Part shown: in pieces, positions 1-8,998 of the stretch
How the letters are laid out: each line of letters begins with the position of its first letter
Position numbering within the stretch: position 1 is the first letter of the stretch
From: Escherichia phage MN01
Sequence record: MT129652.1
Length of the DNA: 64,000 nt
Direction: 5' to 3' (one strand)
Made by a program: the position numbers and the translations under genes
The notes under the pieces: model-generated
Database searches by the model: none
What the model was told of the DNA's origin: nothing
What the model saw: the letters and a program-made list of their open reading frames with translations, nothing else

Positions 1-272
1 ATAACCATAACCAACCAGATCTTCTGGCCGCAGTAAAAGAAATCCATGAAGCCATTCGCCGTGCTGAGGAAATTGCAGACAAATATGAGACTCATTTTAA
101 TATATACCCTGCTCGCGGTATGGGCGGTGACTATTATTCTCCTGGCGCCTTGAAAGCTGACCTTGCTCATTGGGAAGAAGATGGTCATCCTGAATGGGCC
201 ATTGTTAATACTCATGACTACACAACCGACCTGGAAAATGGCGGTTGGGTGTCCTCTTCTTCTGAATGTTAA
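1..272 (+). CDS. Partial CDS (3-prime end); small protein ending GWVSSSSEC, first member of a tandem paralog family
   Basis: Open frame from window edge to TAA at 270-272; C-terminal W-x-SS-x-C motif shared with the next three ORFs; AAGGAA SD for next gene follows. Confidence 0.5.
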   Translation, partial: NHNQPDLLAAVKEIHEAIRRAEEIADKYETHFNIYPARGMGGDYYSPGALKADLAHWEEDGHPEWAIVNTHDYTTDLENGGWVSSSSEC

Positions 273-280
273 GGAATTAT

Positions 281-478
281 ATGTCTCGTGAATTAGATTG
301 TGCAATCCGTACTGCCGCAGCAGCTATTGAAAACGTTATCCAGATTTGCAAAGAAGAACGCGAAGAAGCTGATATCTATATCGATGGTGTTCGTGACCTA
401 GACCGACATATTACGCTTTATAATGGTTGTATTACTATTAGTGGTACCTCTTGGGTGTCCTCCTCTTACGAATGCTAA
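281..478 (+). CDS. Hypothetical small protein, W-x-SS-x-C C-terminal family
   Basis: ATG at 281 with AAGGAA 5 nt upstream; ends SWVSSSYEC; the C-terminus-plus-SD DNA block is repeated at 449-490 and 677-718. Confidence 0.55.
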   Translation: MSRELDCAIRTAAAAIENVIQICKEEREEADIYIDGVRDLDRHITLYNGCITISGTSWVSSSYEC

Positions 479-487
479 GGAAATAAA

Positions 488-706
488 ATGACTACTAAAA
501 CTGTTAAAGAAATCGAAGACCAAATCCGTGCACTAATCTGTGAAGGTCTGACTGCGGCGGATGAAACCGGCGAACACTTCCGCGCCGGTGGCGAAGAATA
601 TATTCCAGCTTCTAGCCCGGAATATGACGATTATGAATGGGTTCGTGATGAATATTGTATTCCAGAAGGTGAAGGTTTCTGGTTTAACTCCTCTATGTCT
701 TGCTAA
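488..706 (+). CDS. Hypothetical small acidic protein, W-x-SS-x-C C-terminal family
   Basis: ORF track 72 aa; ends FWFNSSMSC; SD AAGGAAA upstream. Confidence 0.55.
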   Translation: MTTKTVKEIEDQIRALICEGLTAADETGEHFRAGGEEYIPASSPEYDDYEWVRDEYCIPEGEGFWFNSSMSC

Positions 707-715
707 GGTGATAAA

Positions 716-949
716 ATGACTACTACTGTTGAACATGCTGAATTAGAAAAAGCTGCCCTTGAACTGGCCGCGCTGTATAAGAAAGTAAAAGATATGGCTT
801 TTGCTCAAGATTTCGGTGTCGAGCTTGATGATTATGACGGCGAAGTCCGTCTTGAAGACTGGTTGAACAGCTCTTGTTATGGTGAAGAAGCTGGGCGTAC
901 CTTCGTTGCTCGTGCCGATGGTAAAATCTGGTACCCAAGTTCATGTTAA
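716..949 (+). CDS. Hypothetical small protein, W-x-SS-x-C C-terminal family
   Basis: ORF track 77 aa; internal DWLNSSC and terminal IWYPSSC motifs. Confidence 0.55.
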   Translation: MTTTVEHAELEKAALELAALYKKVKDMAFAQDFGVELDDYDGEVRLEDWLNSSCYGEEAGRTFVARADGKIWYPSSC

Positions 950-1170
950 AATTAAAGAAAAGATATATTCGTAAAATAAATGGTCTTCGTGATTACGCCA
1001 AAGGTTGGCCGTTAAGTATTATTATGGCTGATAGACATCCACGTTACAATACCGAGTTGACTTATTACAAAAAGTATGATTCGTATTGTCGGTCTAAAGC
1101 GGGTCGTTTAGATGGTTCCTATGAAGAATATTTCGGTAAAAAACCTACTCGTATTTCGTTAGGAAAATAA
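943..1170 (+). CDS. Hypothetical basic protein
   Basis: 75 aa ORF overlapping previous stop; lysine/arginine rich; no recognisable motif. Confidence 0.3.
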   Translation: MLKLKKRYIRKINGLRDYAKGWPLSIIMADRHPRYNTELTYYKKYDSYCRSKAGRLDGSYEEYFGKKPTRISLGK

Positions 1171-1273
1171 TTTAATCACAAGGATGTGATAGGAGGACTT
1201 ATGCGCAGAAATTTAGTGTACAAGCTCAAAGAAACGTAGTATCATTATCTTGTCAACTAATGAGGAAACCATT

Positions 1274-1504
1274 ATGTGGTATTATGCCCCAATGGCTGAT
1301 GAGCCTGTAAAAATTAGCCGTGCTAAGTTTACAAAGATTTACGGTCTCGTTTATAAAAAGTCTGATTACGGTGTGCGTTTTGAAGATGCACACTGTATCA
1401 ACGACCCTTATAATGAAGACCTCTATGGCAAATTGGTTCCTATCGTTAAGGGGTCCGCCTCTGAGATGATAGATGAATCTAATATATCTGCTGCTGAAAT
1501 TTAA
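1274..1504 (+). CDS. Hypothetical protein
   Basis: Second in-frame ATG of ORF 1250..1504 has GAGGAAA SD; promoter-leader cassette (GTGTACA ... ATCATTATC) directly upstream. Confidence 0.45.
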   Translation: MWYYAPMADEPVKISRAKFTKIYGLVYKKSDYGVRFEDAHCINDPYNEDLYGKLVPIVKGSASEMIDESNISAAEI

Positions 1505-1523
1505 GTTATCTGAGGAAAATATT

Positions 1524-2483
1524 ATGATGTTAGTTATTGGTTCTCGTGCATTACATAACGCTGGCCTGATTGAAAGTCAGAAAATTGAAAACTCTGATTG
1601 GGACTTCATCGCTGACCAAGGTTCCTGGAACCACTTTAAAGCACGTATGTTCGGTGCTCATGTTCCTGTGGATAACCCTGATGTCCAAGCTTTTAAATGT
1701 ATGTACAATGGCAAAGAAACTTATTTTGAAGCTTATATTGTCCGTGCCCTGACCAACGTACGAGAAATTACTGGTGAGCTTCAAGACGAAGATTTCACCT
1801 CAAGTTATCGTCTCTTGAAATACGCTGAAAATCATATTAAGAAAGACCGTCTTACAGGTTTCTATTGGGCAACTCCTGATATTTGTCTGGCAATTAAACT
1901 GTCTCATCGTTACCTGAAGAACAATCCATTCTTCCTGAAGACCATGAGCCATATTAATTACCTTCGTAATAAGGGTGTTGTTCTTAATGATGAACTGCAG
2001 AAAATCATGCTGCAACGGCAGGCAGAAACACTGTCATACAGCCACCCTAAACTAGACGTGGGCAAGAAAACTTTCTTTAATGATACAATCTATACCCTTG
2101 ACCATGACTCCATCCACGAGGCCGTGGCGCTTGCTGATAAGCCTGCATATAAGTTCTATATGAAGGATGATTCAGAAGTCATGACCTCGCGTGAAAAATT
2201 TGAAGCACTCCCTGATGTTATTAAACTGGCAGGTGTTTATGAAGAAGCATGTGTACTTGCTCTGGAGCGTTCGCAGGTTCCCAATGAGTTTAATATCTCT
2301 CCATCCGTGAGCTTCCATATTGCTCTGGAAAAAGTCTGCACCTCCATTACTTCTGGATGGTTCCGTGAGTATGCCTGGGAACATTACCAGGAAGTGGTTA
2401 ATATGTACAACACCCTGGGTCGCGAAGACTATGTTAAACGTTTCAAGGCTAACCAACATTTAATTCGTCCTTTCACAAAATAA
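1524..2483 (+). CDS. Hypothetical protein (319 aa)
   Basis: Internal ATG at 1524 preceded by GAGGAAAAT SD; long open frame typical of phage coding density. Confidence 0.6.
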   Translation: MMLVIGSRALHNAGLIESQKIENSDWDFIADQGSWNHFKARMFGAHVPVDNPDVQAFKCMYNGKETYFEAYIVRALTNVREITGELQDEDFTSSYRLLKYAENHIKKDRLTGFYWATPDICLAIKLSHRYLKNNPFFLKTMSHINYLRNKGVVLNDELQKIMLQRQAETLSYSHPKLDVGKKTFFNDTIYTLDHDSIHEAVALADKPAYKFYMKDDSEVMTSREKFEALPDVIKLAGVYEEACVLALERSQVPNEFNISPSVSFHIALEKVCTSITSGWFREYAWEHYQEVVNMYNTLGREDYVKRFKANQHLIRPFTK

Positions 2484-2542
2484 GTGTGTACATCCAAGTG
2501 GGACTATGACACAATGGTCCCACAATCAATGAGGAAAATATT

Positions 2543-3229
2543 ATGAACGGTCCAAAAACTTTTAATTCTCAAGCTCATGCAGTAGGCAGTTTCGCTGGTA
2601 AAATTTCTAATGATAAAATCAAAAACGAAACTATGTTCTTTAACAGCTCATTGGCTTTCGCTTTTGACAATGGTGGCCCTATTACTCGTAGCTTTATCAT
2701 GAGTCTGCCGGATGATTGGAACACTGACCAGGTTGTATTTGATTCTCGGGTTCATATGCTTATGCCTGGTTGGTATCCTGCTATCCCAGGTTATCACCAT
2801 GATGATGTACCACGCCCGGATATTCCGGTTGGTCAACACTTTATTACTGCAGGGCAACCTGATTATGATAATCCTCGTTACCATTCTGAACATATTCTTG
2901 GTCTTGTTAACGCTGATGTGTGTCCTACTTATTTTGCAACCGGAACTGCGCAATTTAGTCAGATTCCTGAAGGCGAACTTATCTATCGCCAGTGGCATAA
3001 AGAAGTTCTGGAAAAAATTGAGTCCAATGAATTAACCAAGTGGGATGCTCCTGACCGCACGTTGCTCCAGTTTGATTGGCAGACATGGCATACAGGTTCT
3101 CGCGCAGTAAGTAATGGTTGGCGCTGGTTTGGTCGTGTGTCTCGTAATACTGACCGTGTTAAAAAGATTACAAATGAAATCCGCGTCAATGCTCAAGTAT
3201 ATCTGGAATTCCCTATGGAGGGCTGGTAA
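2543..3229 (+). CDS. Hypothetical protein, possible 2OG-Fe(II) oxygenase/cupin-like
   Basis: 228 aa; His/Asp cluster GYHHDD followed later by WHTGSR...RVSR, resembling an HxD...H...R triad; promoter-leader with inverted repeat upstream. Confidence 0.55.
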   Translation: MNGPKTFNSQAHAVGSFAGKISNDKIKNETMFFNSSLAFAFDNGGPITRSFIMSLPDDWNTDQVVFDSRVHMLMPGWYPAIPGYHHDDVPRPDIPVGQHFITAGQPDYDNPRYHSEHILGLVNADVCPTYFATGTAQFSQIPEGELIYRQWHKEVLEKIESNELTKWDAPDRTLLQFDWQTWHTGSRAVSNGWRWFGRVSRNTDRVKKITNEIRVNAQVYLEFPMEGW

Positions 3230-3816
3230 TGGCCCTTTATGAACCCGGCTGCATGGGTGTTGATGTAAACTTCATCCGCCGGGCAGAAAATACAGGTATA
3301 ATTGTATCAAGAGACGAATTTATGATTACCAAAAAATATTGGGCGAACCTTGATGATGGTGATGAAGGAATCAAGGTGGAAAATGTTGATTGGTCGCGAT
3401 GCAATCGTCATGTGAAAGAGCTTTTAATTAAGGAATATAAAATGGGATACATCATTAATGGGCATCAACCAGAACCGCTCAAAGAACAGACACCCGACCC
3501 ATTAATTTCTTATAGCAAGAAATATGGATTTCGTACCTGGAGTGATGAATTTGATAAGTTGATTTGTTCCAGGTTTTATGCCTGGGCTGGAATCTTATTT
3601 TTACCATTCCTGTGGTTTTTCTTGACAGGCAAAAATGAAGCACCCGTAGCTGTAATGGGCGCGTGCTTTTCTACTGCTCTTGCTGGGCTTATTGCATCAT
3701 TTTTATGGACTATGGTTATTGAAGTACCTTTTCGTATTTCTAAAGTTAAAAAGGTATATGACGATATCACTAAGAAAAATACATTGAACTCCTTTATTGA
3801 GGAATGCCGTAAATGA
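3229..3816 (+). CDS. Hypothetical membrane protein
   Basis: 195 aa; TAATG overlap with upstream stop; C-terminal hydrophobic helices (WAGILFLPFLWFFL, ALAGLIASFLWTMVI). Confidence 0.55.
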   Translation: MALYEPGCMGVDVNFIRRAENTGIIVSRDEFMITKKYWANLDDGDEGIKVENVDWSRCNRHVKELLIKEYKMGYIINGHQPEPLKEQTPDPLISYSKKYGFRTWSDEFDKLICSRFYAWAGILFLPFLWFFLTGKNEAPVAVMGACFSTALAGLIASFLWTMVIEVPFRISKVKKVYDDITKKNTLNSFIEECRK

Positions 3817-4049
3817 GTATTGCAATTTATATTAAATCCGAGTCATGTGATTCTTATCTGTATTCCTATGACACTGGAACACCAGAAGAGAAAATCAAAG
3901 ATGATTTAGAAACTGATTTAGATATGTTCCGCCCGATTTCTGAATACAGAATTCAAACTTCTGATAGTGAATCTCCTTCATTGGAAAACAGACTTGAATT
4001 TTTAATGAGTGATATTTTTAACCAATCATGGAAACGTGACGATGAGTAA
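3813..4049 (+). CDS. Hypothetical acidic protein
   Basis: 78 aa; ATGA start/stop overlap with upstream gene. Confidence 0.45.
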   Translation: MSIAIYIKSESCDSYLYSYDTGTPEEKIKDDLETDLDMFRPISEYRIQTSDSESPSLENRLEFLMSDIFNQSWKRDDE

Positions 4050-4500
4050 GAAAAACAAGGTGAAAGAATTATCTGCTGGCATTATTTTCATGACTGAAGA
4101 TAAAGAGTTATTCATGGGTCGTGTGACTGGTTCTCGTAAACCAGGTATGCCTGCACACAAATGGGACATCCCTAAAGGTCATGTTGAAGCTGGTGAATCC
4201 CCGATTGAAGCGGCTATCCGTGAAACCGAAGAAGAAACCGGGTTTACTCAATACGACCCGGCATTCTTAAAGGACCTGGGCGAATTCCGTTATTCAGATA
4301 ACAAAAATCTTCACCTGTTTTTGTACACGGTTCCGGTCGAGCATGAGCAGTTCAGACATAGTAAATGCTCTGCCTATCATACCTTCCCGGATGGTAGTTC
4401 GATTCCAGAGTTCGATGCATTTGCTCTGATTAAACCAAGTCAATGGCAGTATGTGATGGGCAAATCGATGTACAAGGTACTGACTCAAATTTTCGGATAA
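4042..4500 (+). CDS. nudE: Nudix hydrolase NudE (e.1)
   Basis: Nudix box GHVEAGESPIEAAIRETEEETGF; position immediately upstream of lysozyme as in T4. Confidence 0.8.
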   Translation: MSKKNKVKELSAGIIFMTEDKELFMGRVTGSRKPGMPAHKWDIPKGHVEAGESPIEAAIRETEEETGFTQYDPAFLKDLGEFRYSDNKNLHLFLYTVPVEHEQFRHSKCSAYHTFPDGSSIPEFDAFALIKPSQWQYVMGKSMYKVLTQIFG

Positions 4501-4526
4501 TAAATACCCCTATATAAGGGGGTATT
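4497..4526 (+). promoter_or_regulatory. Late-promoter-like TAATAAATA plus hairpin sequestering the lysozyme SD
   Basis: AATACCCC (4503-4510) pairs with GGGGTATT (4519-4526); SD AGGGGG sits in the 3-prime arm; ATG at 4527. Confidence 0.5.
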
Positions 4527-5018
4527 ATGAATATATTCGAAATGTTACGCATAGATGAAGGTTGTAAGTTGGATTTGTATAAAGATACTGAAGGCTATTG
4601 GACCATTGGTATCGGGCAACTGATAACTAAGAACCCATCAAAAGATGTTGCTCGTGCCGAGCTCGACAAACTCATGGGTCGCGTCTGTAATGGTCGCATA
4701 ACCCAGCACGAAGCTGAAACATTGTTTAACCGTTCGGTCGAAAAAGCTAAAGCCGGAATCTTGAGACACCCTGTCTTAAAACCTGTTTATGATGTGCTAG
4801 ATGAAGTTCGTCGTTGTGCACTCATTAATATGGTATTCCAGATGGGTGTTGCTGGTGTTGCTGGTTTTCCTAAGGGTATGCGACTTCTGAAGTCTAAATC
4901 ATGGGAAGCAGCTGCTAAGGAACTGGCGGACTCAAGATGGTATAAAGTCCAGACTCCGAACCGAGCCAAACGAGTTATAGAAACGTTCCGTACTGGAACT
5001 TTTAGCGCATACAAATAA
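4527..5018 (+). CDS. e: Endolysin (T4 lysozyme e, muramidase)
   Basis: N-terminus [12 protein letters not shown]...[13 protein letters not shown] and [12 protein letters not shown]...PNRAKRVI closely match T4 lysozyme. Confidence 0.95.
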   Translation: MNIFEMLRIDEGCKLDLYKDTEGYWTIGIGQLITKNPSKDVARAELDKLMGRVCNGRITQHEAETLFNRSVEKAKAGILRHPVLKPVYDVLDEVRRCALINMVFQMGVAGVAGFPKGMRLLKSKSWEAAAKELADSRWYKVQTPNRAKRVIETFRTGTFSAYK

Positions 5019-5026
5019 GGTAAAAT

Positions 5027-5329
5027 ATGAAAACGTATAAAGAATTTATCACCGAAGCGCGCGTAAGTGCAGGTAAATTAGAAGCCGCTGTAAATAAAAA
5101 GGCCCATTCATTTCATGATTTACCAGATAAAGACCGTAAGAAACTTGTAAGCCTTTATATTGACAAAGAGCGTATTCTAGCTCTCCCTGGCGCTAACGAA
5201 GGTAAACAGGCCAAGCCTTTGAATTCTGTCGAAAAGAAAATTGATAACTTTGCTTCTAAGTTCGGCATGTCTATGGATGACCTTCAGCAAGCGGCTATCG
5301 AAGCAGCTAAAGCAATTAAAGGTAAATAA
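5027..5329 (+). CDS. Internal head protein (IPIII/IPII-like) with capsid-targeting sequence
   Basis: Starts [11 protein letters not shown], matching the T4 internal-protein CTS MKTYQEFIAE with an I-x-E protease site; 100 aa; adjacent to e as in T4. Confidence 0.7.
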   Translation: MKTYKEFITEARVSAGKLEAAVNKKAHSFHDLPDKDRKKLVSLYIDKERILALPGANEGKQAKPLNSVEKKIDNFASKFGMSMDDLQQAAIEAAKAIKGK

Positions 5330-5331
5330 CA

Positions 5332-5384
5332 GTTTACTTCCACGATACGTGTGATATAATGTTCTCCTACAAACATAGGAGAAC
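5332..5384 (+). promoter_or_regulatory. Sigma70-type early promoter followed by SD-sequestering hairpin upstream of denV
   Basis: GTTTAC (5332-5337), 17-bp spacer, TATAAT (5355-5360); then GTTCTCCT/AGGAGAAC inverted repeat (5361-5384) containing the SD. Confidence 0.5.
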
Positions 5385-5388
5385 AAAC

Positions 5389-5805
5389 ATGACTCGCATT
5401 AATTTGACCCTGGTATCTGAACTTGCTGACCAACATCTTATGGCCGAATATCGTGAACTTCCTCGCGTGTTTGGCGCTGTTCGTAAGCATGTGCAAAATG
5501 GTAAAAAGGTTTCTGACTTTAAAATCCCATCATCTTTTCTTTTAGGGACTGGTCATGTCACCTTCTTTTATGATAAGCTTTTGTTCCTTAAAAACCGACA
5601 TCAAGAACTTATTGCGGAATGTTTAAAGCGAGGGTTTAACATAAAAGATATTTCTACCCAAGACTTAACTGATATTCCTGATGAATGGAAGAATGATTAT
5701 CAACCATCAATCTGGTCAATTGAAATCAGTCAAGCTAGGCTGAATGAGAAAATTTCTCAAAAGCCCGCTTGGTACAAATACTATGGGAAAGCTGTGTACG
5801 CTTAA
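5389..5805 (+). CDS. denV: Endonuclease V (pyrimidine-dimer DNA glycosylase)
   Basis: [35 protein letters not shown]... near-identical to T4 endonuclease V; 138 aa. Confidence 0.92.
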   Translation: MTRINLTLVSELADQHLMAEYRELPRVFGAVRKHVQNGKKVSDFKIPSSFLLGTGHVTFFYDKLLFLKNRHQELIAECLKRGFNIKDISTQDLTDIPDEWKNDYQPSIWSIEISQARLNEKISQKPAWYKYYGKAVYA

Positions 5806-5853
5806 CTACAAAGGTTGTATAATGATTTTATCAACCAAACAATGGAATATAAA

Positions 5854-6153
5854 ATGAAAACTTATCAAGAATTTATTACTGAAGCCAAAGCTCCTAAAGC
5901 ATTTCAAATTGGGGTTCAGGGTAATTTAGACCAACAATATGTTGATGCTATTGTAGCAAGCCTCGGTAAACAGGGTGTACAAGTGGATTTGGTTGATTTT
6001 ACTAAAGGTAATACTTTTAATATTGTTACATCTAAAGGTTCTTTAGCTAAAGTTAAAAAGGCCTTTGGTGTAGCACAAGCATACGAAATCGACCATTCTG
6101 AATTAGAAAATAAAGGTCGCCAGAACACAATTAAAGGTTCTGGTTCTTTCTAA
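5854..6153 (+). CDS. Internal head protein (IPII-like) with capsid-targeting sequence
   Basis: Internal ATG gives MKTYQEFITEAKAPKAF...; CTS identical in pattern to T4 IP proteins; 99 aa. Confidence 0.7.
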   Translation: MKTYQEFITEAKAPKAFQIGVQGNLDQQYVDAIVASLGKQGVQVDLVDFTKGNTFNIVTSKGSLAKVKKAFGVAQAYEIDHSELENKGRQNTIKGSGSF

Positions 6154-6313
6154 TAAAGGCAAGCCGGCCCTCTCCTCATGAACGTCGCGTCCTCTGAGTG
6201 ATGGACCTTTCCCTACCTGTAATAAGGTCGAGCCCAAGTGCGGTAAAGGGTTTACATACGGATACATGGATGAATTATGTGCCAAGGAACGGCCCCACAA
6301 TTAAGAGACAACT

Positions 6314-6841
6314 ATGAAATTTTTAACTCCAATTTATCTAACCTTAATGCACGCCTTCGCTGAACGCGCCATTGAACGCTTAGATTCAGACCAATACGCC
6401 TGGTATGAACCCGCTTCAAGAATGCAAGAGTTTGGTACTCTTAGACTTGATGGTGGAAGACAAACGGGTAAAACAAGTGCCATTGCGCAGTTTGCTGCGG
6501 ATTGGGTTTCTAAGGGTAATGATGTGATTGTTATGTCAAGTTCTTCGCATCGCTCACGAGAAATCTGTGATATAATAAAGCGGGTTTCTAAGGCACAGCC
6601 GCATCTTAATGTTGAACGACCTGGTTTTGTTGTATATGATACTGTTCGTTCATTTTTAGATGAAGATCATTTTCACAAGTATCGTGGACTGTCTGTTACC
6701 CGATTATTGATTATTATTGAAGAGCCTATTCGTCTCCCAGCGATGGATAAGTTCTATGAAGCTTATCAGACAATGATGAATAAATTTATGCGTCAGGGTT
6801 CTAAACCTCTGCCACTGTTCTTTGTGGTAGGAATGCAATGA
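6314..6841 (+). CDS. Hypothetical P-loop protein
   Basis: 175 aa; Walker-A-like GGRQTGKTS. Confidence 0.5.
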   Translation: MKFLTPIYLTLMHAFAERAIERLDSDQYAWYEPASRMQEFGTLRLDGGRQTGKTSAIAQFAADWVSKGNDVIVMSSSSHRSREICDIIKRVSKAQPHLNVERPGFVVYDTVRSFLDEDHFHKYRGLSVTRLLIIIEEPIRLPAMDKFYEAYQTMMNKFMRQGSKPLPLFFVVGMQ

Positions 6842-7137
6842 TGACTGATGAAGAACTTTTTGACAAAATCTACTTTATTCCAAAGGTTAGGTCTGAAGAT
6901 TTCGTAAAGAACTATGAAATCTTTAATAAAGCTAATTTCTTTGAGTATGTGTTTTTGTCTGGGCCTTTTATTGGGTCCAGATTTCGTTGCACTGCTCCGA
7001 GTATTCGCTTGATGAAGTTGGTTCCTTACTTTACTCTGGAATTTATTTCTGGACCGTGTAAGGGTATTATCACTCGTAGCCTCCTGACCTATGACCAGGA
7101 TGTGCGATTAATTAGTGACTGGAAAAAATATGTCTAA
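6838..7137 (+). CDS. Hypothetical protein
   Basis: 99 aa ORF; ATGA overlap with upstream stop. Confidence 0.45.
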   Translation: MMTDEELFDKIYFIPKVRSEDFVKNYEIFNKANFFEYVFLSGPFIGSRFRCTAPSIRLMKLVPYFTLEFISGPCKGIITRSLLTYDQDVRLISDWKKYV

Positions 7138-7344
7138 ATTGACTATTGAAGGTTCTGAAGAAGCTCTGAAGATGTTTGTTGACTGGTTCCACGAACAGGG
7201 CGAACAAGGCTTTATGGAATGTTGGGACGGCGGCCAATGGAATGGTAAAGAAATTGTTTACCCAACTACGTATATCTCCGTGCAAGGTTTGACTGAAGGC
7301 CTTCGTTTGGTAGAATACGATATCGCAACTGGCGAGGAAGTGAA

Positions 7345-7348
<4 letters not shown>
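7130..7348 (+). CDS. Hypothetical acidic protein
   Basis: Internal ATG at 7130 after GGAAAAAAT; 72 aa. Confidence 0.45.
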
Positions 7349-7928
<580 letters not shown>

Positions 7929-7984
7929 TGTACAAGCAGATTGAAATGAGTTATGATTATCCCATCAAACAAAAGGAGATAATC

Positions 7985-8443
7985 ATGACTACTATCGATT
8001 CAAGTGTTTACATTCGCCGCAATAAACTTCGTCGCATTTTTGAAACGGAGTTCCTCAAAATTAATAATGCTATCAACAAGGCTTGTAAAGAAGCAGGCCT
8101 TGAAGCATTCTTCATTAAGTACAGTCCGCACCTGTTGGACCGTGCAATCCAACGTGAAATTGATGAACAATATGTTTTTGACTTGTTTGGAAAAATCACA
8201 CCACATGTAAAAGAAATCGTTGAATTCCTGGAGATGAAACCACTCCCGGAAGTTGAAGCACAAATTGACCCGAATGTGAACTACCGTCCACTTCGTCTGG
8301 AAATCACAGACAAGAACCTGTGGTTAGGAATGACAGTTAACCCGGCTCTTCCTGGGAAGTCTCCAACCATGTGTTGTCGTATGGCGTTTGTTAACTCTAA
8401 TCGTCTGGAAGGAAAAATTAGCACAAAAGTAATTTATATCTAA
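7985..8443 (+). CDS. regB: Probable RegB-like sequence-specific endoribonuclease
   Basis: MTTIDSSVYIRRNKLRRIFETEF... resembles the remembered T4 RegB N-terminus; 152 aa vs 153 aa in T4; lies between denV and tk as in T4; AAAAGGAG SD. Confidence 0.5.
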   Translation: MTTIDSSVYIRRNKLRRIFETEFLKINNAINKACKEAGLEAFFIKYSPHLLDRAIQREIDEQYVFDLFGKITPHVKEIVEFLEMKPLPEVEAQIDPNVNYRPLRLEITDKNLWLGMTVNPALPGKSPTMCCRMAFVNSNRLEGKISTKVIYI

Positions 8444-8453
8444 TGGGGAATTC

Positions 8454-8996
8454 ATGAAAAAAGTAATCGCCACCTTACTATTGACAGTTAGTATGTCTGC
8501 CCATAGCGTAGAGCCTACTTTCAGTAATGAACAAATGGGAAACCTCCAATATGCTTATGCGTTTGGAGAACAGTTCCAGAAAAATGGTAAGTACAAAGAA
8601 AATCCGCACCAACATAATGGTTTGGGATATATCATGGCTGGTTTAGCCTGGCAGGAAAGTTCTGCCGGGATTAATACTGGATTAAATAAAGATAAGCACC
8701 ATGCATATGGTATATTCCAAAATTATCTTCCAACCATTCGCGAACGCGTGAAACAGGTTGGGTGGACAATGACAGATAAAGAAATAATCAAGATGATAAG
8801 CAAGAGAGAGAACAGCGCACGTTGGGCTTACATTGAGCTTTCATACTGGTTGAATATTCATAAGGGGGATATAAGAAAAACACTATCATCATATAACGCA
8901 GGGTGGAATGTGAAAGCTGGTAATACGTATGCTTCGCAGGTCCTAGAAAAAGCTAACTACTTAAAATCACGAGGCCTATTAAAAACGGTGGATTAA
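8454..8996 (+). CDS. Secreted lytic-transglycosylase-like protein
   Basis: N-terminal signal peptide MKKVIATLLLTVSMSAHS; motifs GLAWQESS, YGIFQ, SYNAGWN resemble family-1 lytic transglycosylase E-S / GLMQ / AYNxG. Confidence 0.55.
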   Translation: MKKVIATLLLTVSMSAHSVEPTFSNEQMGNLQYAYAFGEQFQKNGKYKENPHQHNGLGYIMAGLAWQESSAGINTGLNKDKHHAYGIFQNYLPTIRERVKQVGWTMTDKEIIKMISKRENSARWAYIELSYWLNIHKGDIRKTLSSYNAGWNVKAGNTYASQVLEKANYLKSRGLLKTVD

Positions 8997-8998
8997 AA

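Noticed and set aside
2712-3035. 107-aa hydrophobic + strand ORF overlapping ORF 2543..3229 in another frame
   Set aside because: It is wholly contained in a longer ORF that has a good start context. The poly-Leu/Ile composition is typical of an off-frame translation of AT-rich sequence.
6154-6313. Possible tRNA or small RNA gene in the GC-rich spacer
   Set aside because: No acceptor-stem or T-arm pairing and no GTTC-like T-loop could be found by eye, so it is not called as tRNA. It is kept as an unexplained element in the findings.
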